A DNA stretch of 64,000 nucleotides, taken from contig CALNCC010000146.1 in assembly GCA_937875275.1 (NCBI GenBank), positions 12,229-76,228 of the forward strand, written 5' to 3'. Origin of the DNA: an uncultured Dysgonomonas sp. (GTDB lineage: Bacteria > Bacteroidota > Bacteroidia > Bacteroidales > Dysgonomonadaceae). The notes under the pieces are model-generated. The model saw only the letters and a list, made by a program, of their open reading frames with translations. It was not told where the DNA came from and ran no database searches. The translations under genes and the position numbers were made by a program. Of the stretch, positions 30,091 to 40,500 are shown one piece after another. The first letter of the stretch is position 1; every line of letters starts with the position of its first letter.

Positions 30091-32550
30091 ATGAATATCT
30101 CATATAATTGGCTTAAAGAATATCTTGATTTTGATCTTACTCCGGAAGAAACATCTGCTGCGCTAACATCTATCGGTCTCGAAACCGAAGGTATAGAAGA
30201 AGTGCAAGCCATAAAAGGTGGTCTTGAAGGGCTTATCGTTGCCGAAGTGTTGACATGCGTAGACCATCCCAATTCCGATCACTTACACGTTACGACTGTC
30301 GATCTGGGCGATGGTGTGCCATTGCAGGTAGTCTGCGGAGCACCCAATGTTGCAGCCGGACAAAAAGTGATTCTCGCAACGGTAGGGACAACAATGTATT
30401 CGGGAGAGGAATCATTCAAAATTAAGAAATCTAAAATCAGAGGCGAAGAGTCGAATGGTATGATTTGCGCCGAAGACGAAATAGGTATCGGAGAGAGCCA
30501 CGACGGAATCATCGTTTTGCCGGCTGATGCCAAAGTGGGCACGTTAGCTAAGGATTATTATAATGTAAAAAGTGATTATGTTTTAGAGGTTGATATTACG
30601 CCAAACCGTGTCGATGCTGCTTCACATTTCGGAATAGCAAGAGACTTGGCAGCCTATCTGAAAAAAAACAAGAAGAAAGGGACTTTGACAAGACCGTCAA
30701 TTGAGGCTTTCAAAAAAGAAATAGCAGAAGGAGAAGTCGTTGTTGAAGTGGAAAACAGCGAGGCTTGTCCACGATATGCTGGAGTAACAATCAAAGGCGT
30801 AGATGTAAAAGAAAGCCCCGAATGGTTGAAACAAAGCCTTGAGGCAATCGGATTGCGCGCAATAAATAATGTTGTGGATGTTACTAACTACGTTTTGCAC
30901 GAACTCGGACATCCGCTACATGCTTTCGATATGGCACACATATCGGGAGGAAAAGTGATCGTGAAAACATTGCCCGAAGGAACAAAATTCACAACTCTTG
31001 ACGAAGCTGAACGCACATTGAGCGACAGAGACCTTATGATCTGCAATGACAAGGAAGGCATGTGTATCGGTGGGGTATTTGGCGGATTGAGGTCGGGTGT
31101 AACAGAATCGACAAAAGATGTTTTTCTCGAATCGGCATACTTCAACCCTACATGGGTACGTAAAACGGCTCGCCGTCATGGATTGAACACCGATTCATCG
31201 TTCCGTTTCGAAAGAGGTTGCGACCCTAACGATACAATATACGTACTGAAAAGAGCTGCCTTGCTGATACAAGAAGTTGCAGGAGGACAAATTTGCGGAG
31301 AGATACAGGACGTATACCCGACACAAATAGAAAAACCGCAGGTAGAATTAACCTACAACAAGGTAAACAGTCTTATCGGCAAAACTATTGAAAAAGAGAC
31401 TGTCAAATCTATTCTCAACAGTATTGAAATAGAGATTTTGAAAGAATCGGACGACCTGCTCACATTAGCTATTCCGACATATCGTGTCGATGTACTTCGC
31501 GATGTGGACGTTATCGAAGACATATTGCGCATATACGGGTACAATAATGTAGAGATAGGCGAAGGAGTAAAATCGAACTTATCGTACGAAACACCGACTG
31601 ACAAGAGTTACCGTCTGCAAGAACTGATTGCTGAGCAATTGACCGGAGGAGGCTTCCGTGAGATAATGAATAACTCTCAGACTAAGGAAGCGTATTATTC
31701 CGAATCGGAGGTCTATCCTATTTCACATTCCGTTCGGCTGCTGAATCCATTGAGTGCCGACCTGAGTGTAATGCGCCAGACCATACTGTATGGCGGATTG
31801 GAAAGTATAGCATACAACAGAAATCGCAAAAATTCTGATTTAAGTTTCTACGAATTTGGGAATTGCTATTTCTACGATGCTGACAAAAAGATTGAAGGCG
31901 AGAATCTGAAAGAATACTCCGAAGAATTGCATCTTGGACTGTGGTTGACAGGTAATTCAGTGAGTACAAGTTGGGCGTCGTCAGACGAAAAAACATCGGT
32001 GTATCAACTGAAAGCGTACGTAGAAAATATACTTGGCAGATTGGGTATAAGTGGTAAGCAATATAGCTACGAACAATTTTCTAACGAAATATACAGTACG
32101 GGAGTAACCATCAAAACACGCAATCGTGAACTTGGTACCTTAGGTATTGTCAGCCAAAAACTCATGAAATCGTTCGACATAGCTGCTGAAGTATATTTTG
32201 CTGAGTTGAACTGGAACGCCTTAATGAAAGAGATAAAAACACACACAATTACATATAGCGAGATATCTAAATACCCATCAGTTAGCAGAGACTTGGCATT
32301 GTTGCTCGACAAGAATGTATTGTTCGATCAGATAGAACAAATCGCATTTAAAGCAGAACGCAAATTGTTGAAAAAAGTTTCTTTATTCGATGTATATGAA
32401 GGAAAGAATCTACCGGAAGGAAAAAAATCTTATGCAGTAAACTTCCTTCTTCAAGATGATGAAAAAACATTGAATGACAAGCAGATTGACGGAATAATGA
32501 ACAAGATTTTCACAAGCATAGAAAAAGAATTGGGTGCTCAGTTGAGATAA
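30091..32550 (+). CDS. pheT: Phenylalanine-tRNA ligase beta subunit
   Basis: MNISYNWLKEY, HPNSDHL, VCGAPNV, ITPNR.D, SFRFERG, RIYGYNN, FDX-ACB domain RDLALL. Confidence 0.98.
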   Translation: MNISYNWLKEYLDFDLTPEETSAALTSIGLETEGIEEVQAIKGGLEGLIVAEVLTCVDHPNSDHLHVTTVDLGDGVPLQVVCGAPNVAAGQKVILATVGTTMYSGEESFKIKKSKIRGEESNGMICAEDEIGIGESHDGIIVLPADAKVGTLAKDYYNVKSDYVLEVDITPNRVDAASHFGIARDLAAYLKKNKKKGTLTRPSIEAFKKEIAEGEVVVEVENSEACPRYAGVTIKGVDVKESPEWLKQSLEAIGLRAINNVVDVTNYVLHELGHPLHAFDMAHISGGKVIVKTLPEGTKFTTLDEAERTLSDRDLMICNDKEGMCIGGVFGGLRSGVTESTKDVFLESAYFNPTWVRKTARRHGLNTDSSFRFERGCDPNDTIYVLKRAALLIQEVAGGQICGEIQDVYPTQIEKPQVELTYNKVNSLIGKTIEKETVKSILNSIEIEILKESDDLLTLAIPTYRVDVLRDVDVIEDILRIYGYNNVEIGEGVKSNLSYETPTDKSYRLQELIAEQLTGGGFREIMNNSQTKEAYYSESEVYPISHSVRLLNPLSADLSVMRQTILYGGLESIAYNRNRKNSDLSFYEFGNCYFYDADKKIEGENLKEYSEELHLGLWLTGNSVSTSWASSDEKTSVYQLKAYVENILGRLGISGKQYSYEQFSNEIYSTGVTIKTRNRELGTLGIVSQKLMKSFDIAAEVYFAELNWNALMKEIKTHTITYSEISKYPSVSRDLALLLDKNVLFDQIEQIAFKAERKLLKKVSLFDVYEGKNLPEGKKSYAVNFLLQDDEKTLNDKQIDGIMNKIFTSIEKELGAQLR

Positions 32551-32589
32551 TGATAAACACCCGATTGTAACTAAAACCATTTTTTATCC

Positions 32590-34632
32590 ATGAAACACAA
32601 AAGAAAGATCACATTGCTGTTAGCTTTAGCTTGCTGCATATCCGTTGCGATATCACAAAGCAAACAGGGTGAAGCAGGCAACTATCTGAACAACCGCAGC
32701 CCACTGGTGCAAAAGCCGTATATGGAGTTGCCCTTAGGTAGCATCAAAGCGCAAGGCTGGTTGTTAGAAATGCTCAAACGTCAAAAATCTGGAGCGACCG
32801 GGCATATGCACGAATTGTATCCGCAAGTTATGGGAGAGCGTAACGGATGGCTTGGCGGCGATGGCGATCAATGGGAAAGAGGACCATACTGGATCGACGG
32901 CCTTCTACCCCTTGCTTACATTCTCGACGACAAAGAACTGAAAGACAAAGCTCAACCTTGGGTTGAATGGGCATTGAACAGTCAGCGCGAAGACGGATTC
33001 TTCGGTCCAGCAAAAGACTATCCAGCCGAATCGGGAATACAACGCGACAATGCCGCAGACTGGTGGCCACGTATGGTTGTACTCAAAATTTTACAACAAT
33101 ACCATTCTGCAACAAAGGATCAACGTGTTGTATCTTTCATGACTAAGTATTTCCAATATCAATTGAAAACATTGCCGGAAAAACCTCTTGGCAATTGGAC
33201 ATATTGGGCTGAATATCGTGCATGTGATAACTTGCAAGCAGTATACTGGCTATATAATATAACCGGTGACTCGTTCTTGCTCGACTTGGGTAACTTGCTG
33301 CACAAACAAAGTATCAATTTCACCGACATGTTCAACAATGGACATACATTGAGCAACCAGGCAACAATACACTGTGTGAATCTTGCACAAGGTATAAAAG
33401 AACCGATTATCTACTATCAGCAAGCTAACGACAAAAAATATATTGATGCCGTAAAGAAAGGATTTGCCGATCTGAAGAAATACAACGGACAGGCACAAGG
33501 AATGTATGGTGGTGACGAACCTCTACATGGCAACAACCCTACTCAGGGCGTAGAACTTTGCTCTATCGTAGAGATGATGTTCTCGTTAGAGAAAATGATT
33601 GAGATAACAGGCGACCTTGCATTTGTAGATCATTTAGAGAAAGTAGCTTTCAATGCGCTACCGACACAGATAACTGACGACTTTATGCACAAACAATATC
33701 TACAACAAGCCAATCAGGTGATGGCTACAAGACACAAACGTAACTTCTACGAAGATTATAGCCATGTGTGCACCGATGTTGTTTACGGATCAAAAACGGG
33801 TTATCCGTGCTGTTATTCAAACATGCACCAAGGCTGGCCTAAATTCACACAAAACCTGTGGTATGCAACACCCGACAATGGGCTTGCCAGTCTCATATTC
33901 TCTCCGTCGGAGATTACAGCCAAAGTAGCAAACGGAATTGAGGTTCGCATTACAGAAGATACTTATTATCCGATGGATGATAAAATCAAATATACTGTCA
34001 ACATACAAGACAAAAAACAGAAAACGGTTGACTTTCCTTTTCATGTGAGAATACCAAGCTGGTGTAAAAAAGCGGAATTGACACTGAATGGTTCTCCATT
34101 GAAAACCGTAGAAGGCGGACGCGTTGAGATCGTGAAGCGTGTGTGGAAGAGCGGAGACATATTGGAACTTCGTTTGCCGATGGAAATAGAAACACAAGGT
34201 GGTTGGTACGAAAATTCGGTTTCAATAGAAAGAGGTCCATTAGTATATGCTTTGAAGATGAACGAAAACTGGTCGAGAACAGATCTGGAAGGAGATGAGA
34301 TCAACCAATTTGGCGAATTTTATCTGCAAGCAAAATCCGACACCAAATGGAATTATGCTTTGATGAATGGCGATCGCCGCAAGCCAAATGAAATATACAC
34401 AGTGAAGGTAGATGAAGAAAAAATGAAATCAAGCTATCCGTGGAATTTAGAGAATGCCCCTATCGAAATAAAAGTGAGAGGTAAAGCTCATGCACATTGG
34501 GGACTCTATAATGAAATGACAGGACCACTGCCACTCTCGGTAGGACATACACCCGAACCGATGGAAGATTTTATTCTTATCCCTTATGGATGTACAACAT
34601 TGAGAGTTTCTCAATTCCCTGTCGTATATTAA
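32590..34632 (+). CDS. GH127/GH146-like beta-L-arabinofuranosidase domain protein
   Basis: WERGPYWIDG, HCVN, ELC..VE, YPCC..NMHQGWPK, RGPLVYAL, LIPYGCT. Confidence 0.88.
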   Translation: MKHKRKITLLLALACCISVAISQSKQGEAGNYLNNRSPLVQKPYMELPLGSIKAQGWLLEMLKRQKSGATGHMHELYPQVMGERNGWLGGDGDQWERGPYWIDGLLPLAYILDDKELKDKAQPWVEWALNSQREDGFFGPAKDYPAESGIQRDNAADWWPRMVVLKILQQYHSATKDQRVVSFMTKYFQYQLKTLPEKPLGNWTYWAEYRACDNLQAVYWLYNITGDSFLLDLGNLLHKQSINFTDMFNNGHTLSNQATIHCVNLAQGIKEPIIYYQQANDKKYIDAVKKGFADLKKYNGQAQGMYGGDEPLHGNNPTQGVELCSIVEMMFSLEKMIEITGDLAFVDHLEKVAFNALPTQITDDFMHKQYLQQANQVMATRHKRNFYEDYSHVCTDVVYGSKTGYPCCYSNMHQGWPKFTQNLWYATPDNGLASLIFSPSEITAKVANGIEVRITEDTYYPMDDKIKYTVNIQDKKQKTVDFPFHVRIPSWCKKAELTLNGSPLKTVEGGRVEIVKRVWKSGDILELRLPMEIETQGGWYENSVSIERGPLVYALKMNENWSRTDLEGDEINQFGEFYLQAKSDTKWNYALMNGDRRKPNEIYTVKVDEEKMKSSYPWNLENAPIEIKVRGKAHAHWGLYNEMTGPLPLSVGHTPEPMEDFILIPYGCTTLRVSQFPVVY

Positions 34633-34703
34633 CACAACAGCTGAAAAGTTTTTTATATTTTTGCAACCGAAAGAAGAAATAAAGAATTTCATATTAAAAT
34701 AAA

Positions 34704-35435
34704 ATGGGAAGAGCATTTGAATATCGTAAGGCTACGAAACTGAAACGTTGGGGAAATATGGCCCGCGTATTTACTAAGTTAGGGAAACAAATAACAATTG
34801 CAGCCAAAGACGGCGGCCCTGATCCGGACGCAAATCCTCGTTTGCGCGTATTGATGCAGCAGGCAAAGAAAGAAAACATGCCTAAAGAAAACGTCGAACG
34901 TGCAATCAAGAAAGCGACTTCGAAGGACGAGTCTGACTATAAGGAAGTTGTATACGAAGGATATGGCCCTTATGGTGTTGCTATTGTTATAGAAACAGCC
35001 ACAGATAATCCTACCCGTACGGTTGCGAACGTAAGGAGCTACTTTAACAAACATGCCGGTTCGCTTGGAACATCAGGAAGTTTAGAGTTTTTGTTTGACC
35101 ACAAATGCGTTTTCAAAATATCACCCAAGGAAGGTGTATCTCTTGAAGACTTGGAACTGGAACTTATCGACTTCGGAGTTGATGAAGTTGAGCAGGACGA
35201 TGAAAACAATATAATTCTTTATGGTGAATTTAAATCTTATTCAGAGATACAAAAACACCTTGAAGAAAATGCGTTTGAAATCCACAGTGCCGAGTTTGAA
35301 CGTATACCAAACGATGAAAAAGAACTGACTGCGGAGCAACAGGAAAAAATCCAAAAACTCCTCGATAGATTTGAGGAAGATGAGGATGTGCAGAATGTGT
35401 TCCATAATATGGCGATAAGCATAGACGAAGAGTAA
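34704..35435 (+). CDS. yebC: YebC/PmpR family protein
   Basis: MGRAFEYRK, NPRLR, YEGYGPYG, TDNPTRT, DVQNVFHN. Confidence 0.96.
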   Translation: MGRAFEYRKATKLKRWGNMARVFTKLGKQITIAAKDGGPDPDANPRLRVLMQQAKKENMPKENVERAIKKATSKDESDYKEVVYEGYGPYGVAIVIETATDNPTRTVANVRSYFNKHAGSLGTSGSLEFLFDHKCVFKISPKEGVSLEDLELELIDFGVDEVEQDDENNIILYGEFKSYSEIQKHLEENAFEIHSAEFERIPNDEKELTAEQQEKIQKLLDRFEEDEDVQNVFHNMAISIDEE

Positions 35436-35460
35436 ATTTACTTTGAGTTATCATACAAGA

Positions 35461-35500
35461 GAAAGGATTGCATAGATAAAATATGGCAATCCTTTTTTAT
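35461..35500 (+). terminator. Intrinsic terminator after yebC
   Basis: AAAGGATTGC...GCAATCCTTT followed by a T run. Confidence 0.75.
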
Positions 35501-35559
35501 TTTATCTGCCAGATAGGTATTATTTTTGTTACCTTTAGATTTTATCTAAAGAATAAGCT

Positions 35560-37437
35560 ATGAAATTGTTATCTACTCTTCTCTCATTTTTATTGCTGTC
35601 AACAGGAGTTGTTTTGTCCCAAAATAAAATCGGAAAATTCGATCTTCGCTACACATTAGCGACAGACTTAGACACAAAGGACGGTATAAACACAGCTTGG
35701 GATGATGTTCATGCAGTAGCATCTTTACAAGGGGTTGTAAATCGGGATGCACCTCGTTTGTATGTCTATTTCGTTATGGAAGGAAATAATGATATAGACA
35801 AGTATTGGTGGGATAAATATAGTAGCGAAGGACAATGGCTATATAACAAATCGACAGAAACATACGACAATATAGAAAGTTTATTTTCTGCCTACTCCAC
35901 TCTTATCAAAGGCGTGGTAGTCTATGATGAAAACATTGCATCTACAAGTAATGTTGCATCAGCAATAGCCGGTATCGAAGACTTGGTAGCAATACGCTAC
36001 GATAATACGCCGGGTAGCCTATACTCTCGTTTAGTGCTGAATGGCCCTAAGCTGAAAGTGAAACGATGGCTTATCAATAAGGATGGCTCTCCCCTATTCA
36101 CAGCAAAAGGGAATTTACCCGATACGAATCGCCAATCATCCGGTTCATTAAAAAATGACCCGTACCTATGGTTCATAGAGCATTACGTAAAGACAGGAAA
36201 ATGCAATACCGAATATGGAGCTTATTATATAGATCAATATTGGAAAAAGAACCCTAAGGCAACAGTGCGGAATCATCACACATTATCCAATCACGATTTC
36301 TTCATCAGTAAAAAAGCTTTTTTCTTTGATTTGTCTCCATGGGGAGACGAGCCTGCGACAGACGACCCGAATCAGACAATTGGTACAGATTTAAACACAT
36401 TGAAGGAGTTCCTTCTTTTGTCGTACAAACAGAACGAAGGTAATAAATTGTGCTACATAGGTGGTTTCCCTGCTTGGGCATATAAATACACTATGCATGC
36501 GGGAGGATCGCACGATGATGTACCCACCGAATGGGAGTTTAGTCGAATCATTAGTGCCTATAATGCCTTCAAAGATGCAGACGCTATCGGGTACGGAGCT
36601 TTGGCAAATGCTTCTTTCTGGCAACACTTCCCTTTAAAAGAGAAATACCCGCAAGATTGGGTCTCTCACAGCGATTTGAAAGAGAGAGGACTGTTGACAG
36701 CAGATGGAAAAGTAGACATCGGCAAACGCAATTTCATCATTTTCTACGTTGGCGACTATGATGCTTCTGCTTGGGTATCGCAACGTACACCATCTATATG
36801 GGATGACAAAAACAGAGGTCAAGTTCCTCTGATGTGGTGCATCAGCCCCGTATTAGGGAAACGTGTACCACATGTACTACACAATTTCAGAACGACAGCC
36901 ACAAAGAACGATTATTTTGCCGCGGCAGACAATGGAGCAGGCTATATAATGCCAGGTATGTTACAAGAACCGAGAGCTATATCAGGACTTCCCTCCGGAT
37001 TAAATACATGGGCTAACCATAACAAACCCTATTATGACAAATGGGGATTGACAATCTCAGGTTTCGTTATTGACGGGGAGGCTCCTGCATTGAATAAACT
37101 CGGATTGGATTGTTATGCTTCTTTCAGCCCCAATGGTATTGTACCTCAAAAAACACCATTAGCTAAGATGCATGGCGATATGCCGGTATTAAGAGCCGGA
37201 CACGATGTTAACCAAAATGATCCGGCAGTAGCAGCACAAACCATTGTTGACCAAGTGAATGAACGTTCTATGATCCCATTTCATTGGTTCAGAAATATAT
37301 TGAAAACTCCGACTTGGTATGTAGAGGTTGTAAACGAATTAAAGAAACTGGATGAAAATATCATTCTGCTTGATGCACCAACATTTTTCGAGTTGTTACG
37401 TATCTATCTGAAAGAAGAAGGAAGAGTTATTGAATGA
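35560..37437 (+). CDS. GxGYxYP domain-containing putative glycoside hydrolase
   Basis: Signal peptide; LQGVVNRDAPRLY, FYVGDYD, VPLMWCISP, DNGAGYIMPG. Confidence 0.8.
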   Translation: MKLLSTLLSFLLLSTGVVLSQNKIGKFDLRYTLATDLDTKDGINTAWDDVHAVASLQGVVNRDAPRLYVYFVMEGNNDIDKYWWDKYSSEGQWLYNKSTETYDNIESLFSAYSTLIKGVVVYDENIASTSNVASAIAGIEDLVAIRYDNTPGSLYSRLVLNGPKLKVKRWLINKDGSPLFTAKGNLPDTNRQSSGSLKNDPYLWFIEHYVKTGKCNTEYGAYYIDQYWKKNPKATVRNHHTLSNHDFFISKKAFFFDLSPWGDEPATDDPNQTIGTDLNTLKEFLLLSYKQNEGNKLCYIGGFPAWAYKYTMHAGGSHDDVPTEWEFSRIISAYNAFKDADAIGYGALANASFWQHFPLKEKYPQDWVSHSDLKERGLLTADGKVDIGKRNFIIFYVGDYDASAWVSQRTPSIWDDKNRGQVPLMWCISPVLGKRVPHVLHNFRTTATKNDYFAAADNGAGYIMPGMLQEPRAISGLPSGLNTWANHNKPYYDKWGLTISGFVIDGEAPALNKLGLDCYASFSPNGIVPQKTPLAKMHGDMPVLRAGHDVNQNDPAVAAQTIVDQVNERSMIPFHWFRNILKTPTWYVEVVNELKKLDENIILLDAPTFFELLRIYLKEEGRVIE

Positions 37438-37537
37438 AAAACAAATAAACTTAAAATCTGCAATTTCCTTTAGACAAAATATAGCTAAAGCAGTATAATT
37501 TTGATATTTTTGTGTATTCATAACGAGGTATCGAGCT

Positions 37538-40500
37538 ATCAGGAAATTTAAATACATATTCTTATCTGTAATAGGCATCCTTGCAGGGCTTATTATGCTT
37601 GTATACGGGGTATTAAACACTTCGTCGTTTCAGCAATATCTGAAAGACATAGTTGTTTCGGAATTGCAGGATCAACTACATACCGAACTAAAGATCGGCA
37701 ATCTGTATATCAAGCCATTCAATACCATCGAATTAGACAGCGTCTATCTATACGGGCAAAAGAATGAAGAGATACTTGTTGCAGAGAAAATTTCGGCTCA
37801 TGTAGACCTATGGCACATCGTGCAAAAGAAATTGGTCATCACATCTGCCGGTATTTCCGACTTTAAAATTAGCTTGTCTAAGGACTCGCTCAATTCGCCA
37901 CTTAACATACAATACATCATAGATGCCTTCAAGCCCAAAGACGATGGCGGATCGAAGCTAAAGGTAAAACTGAATACCATAATCATAGACAATGGACAGT
38001 TGGACTATAACGTATTGGATCAACCTGCACAGGAAGGCATTTTTGACATCAACCATGTTTCAGTAAAAGAATTGAATAGCCGTTTCCGAATACGATCTGT
38101 CGAATTAGACTCGATGAATATAGAGGTAAAAGCTTTGAGTCTCGAAGAACAAGGCGGATTTGAAATAAAGAACTTCAAAACAAGGATTATAACCCGCGAC
38201 AGCATTATCCACATCAAAGATTTTAAGCTAAGCCTGCCTAACTCGTTGATAGCTACGGAAAAATTCAACATCGACTTTTCGCGCATCGACTCTATCAAAG
38301 ACATTGTAAACAACTCTATTATAGACATTAAGTTTGCATCTTCTTATATTACATTAGCCGATGTGGCAGCATTTGCCCCTAAGTTGAAATATTTCACAAA
38401 ACCGTTGTCCTTCGACATCGATATTTCAGGATCGGCAGATAATATCAATGTCGAAAATTTGGAAATATACTATGGCGAAGACACTCATCTCATGGCAAAC
38501 GTGTATGCAAAGGATATACGAAACATGGAAACGATGTACATACAAGGATCAATCAATGAACTGAATACGACAGGAACCGAACTAACACAAATCTTGGATA
38601 ATCTATTATCAAATTCTAAAGTACCCGTCCATATAGAAAGTCTCGGAAACATATCATTGAGCAACCATGTGTCCGGCTACATGAAAAAGCTGACAACAAC
38701 AGTTCTTCTGAAAACCGAACAGGGAAATATCAGCCTTGATGCCATATCGGGTAAAGATGCCAACAATAATATCGATTATTATATTGACGGTAATTTATCA
38801 GCAGACAATATTGACTTAGGAAACATATTGAAGAATAACGACTTAGGAAGCACCTCTTTCGACGTGAAAGTTGAATACAAGAAACCGATTAAAGGCGAGT
38901 TGTCGTCTATGGCTGATGCCCATGTCGAAAAAATACAATATAAGGGATATTCCTACAAGGACATAAACCTCTATGCCACCTATGACGGAACATTGGTTGA
39001 AGGAGAAGTAAAGATAAATGACGATCTTGGTTACTTCTATGCAGGAGGATTTCTTGACATGAAAGACAAGAACAAGCCGGAATTGTTTTTTAAAGCACGT
39101 GTCGACAATCTGCAATTAGATGATTTGAATCTCTCGAAAAAATATGAAAATGCCTATATGTCTTTTGGCTTACAAGCCGACATTACGGGGCGGAACATAG
39201 ATGATGCAACGGGATATATCAGAGTAGACACCTTATATTTTCAACGTGATAATCTTGCCTATACATTAAACAAGTTCGAATTAAACATCGCGGAAACAGA
39301 AAACACAAAAACCCTAAAAATAGAATCTGATGTTATAAATGGCAGTGTCGTTGGCAATTACAAATTATCATCATTAAAAAACAGTTTCGAGGGGGTGTTG
39401 GCGAAATATCTTCCGGTGTTGAATCAAGGAAAAGCTCCTAACAAAAATCCTGATGATGAAAATGATTTGGATTTTCTGCTGAAAATAGAGAATACAGAAG
39501 AAATCAGTGATATACTAAAACTACCTGTAAAGATATTTACTCCGGCTACAATCTCCGGAGACTACAACGATGCCGACGACGTTTTTCACTTAACGCTCAA
39601 TGCTCCGGATCTAAAAGCCGGAGGTATGAATATAAAGAATGCGAATATACTGACCTACAACTCCAACGACTCGGTAAAGATTGCAATAGATGCTCAAGTA
39701 TTAGGTAAGAAAGAGAGTATCAACAATGTATCCATCACATCGGGTCTCGCACACAATACAATCAACACGAATATTAATCTTCTAAATGATGGTGCACAAA
39801 AAGCCAATGGTAAATTTTTCGTTGCAACAACATTGCAGCGAGAAAAAGATGAGCCGTTGCAAGTCGAGTTCGATATACTACCCAGCAGTTTGTTGTTAAA
39901 CAATGCACAATGGAAGCTTGACAAATCACATTTCAGCATTAGGAACGGATCGTATGCGGTGAATGGGTTTAACATGTACAATGAGGATAACACCCAAGGA
40001 ATAAAAATTAACGGCAGATATTCGCCACTCAGCTCGAGAGATGTACTCAAGGTTGAACTAAATAAGATAGATCTCGACTACGTTTTCAATACATTAGCTA
40101 TCGATGCGCTCAAATTTGGAGGAAGAACTACTGGCAATCTGCTGATGTCGAGTATAGAAGGTAAACCATACATAAACACAAGGCTCGATGTTGACGACTT
40201 CAGTTTTCAAGGTACTAAACTTGGTCATCTAAATTTGTTCAGCGAGCTGGATGAACAGACAAATATAGTAAATCTGGAAGGTAAGATACTCAGCAAAGAA
40301 GATAAATACACGACAGTCGGCGGCACGTTAGATCCTGTAAAGCAGTTACTCGACCTTAACTTTGTGGCAGACAGTGTCGACATTGGCTTTCTGCATCATT
40401 ATTCACAAACGGTATTTAGCAAAGTGCAAGGACGAGGAACAGGCAAAGTACGTTTGTTCGGCAATTTCTCGAGTGTTACGGTCGAGGGTGTTGCCCATAT

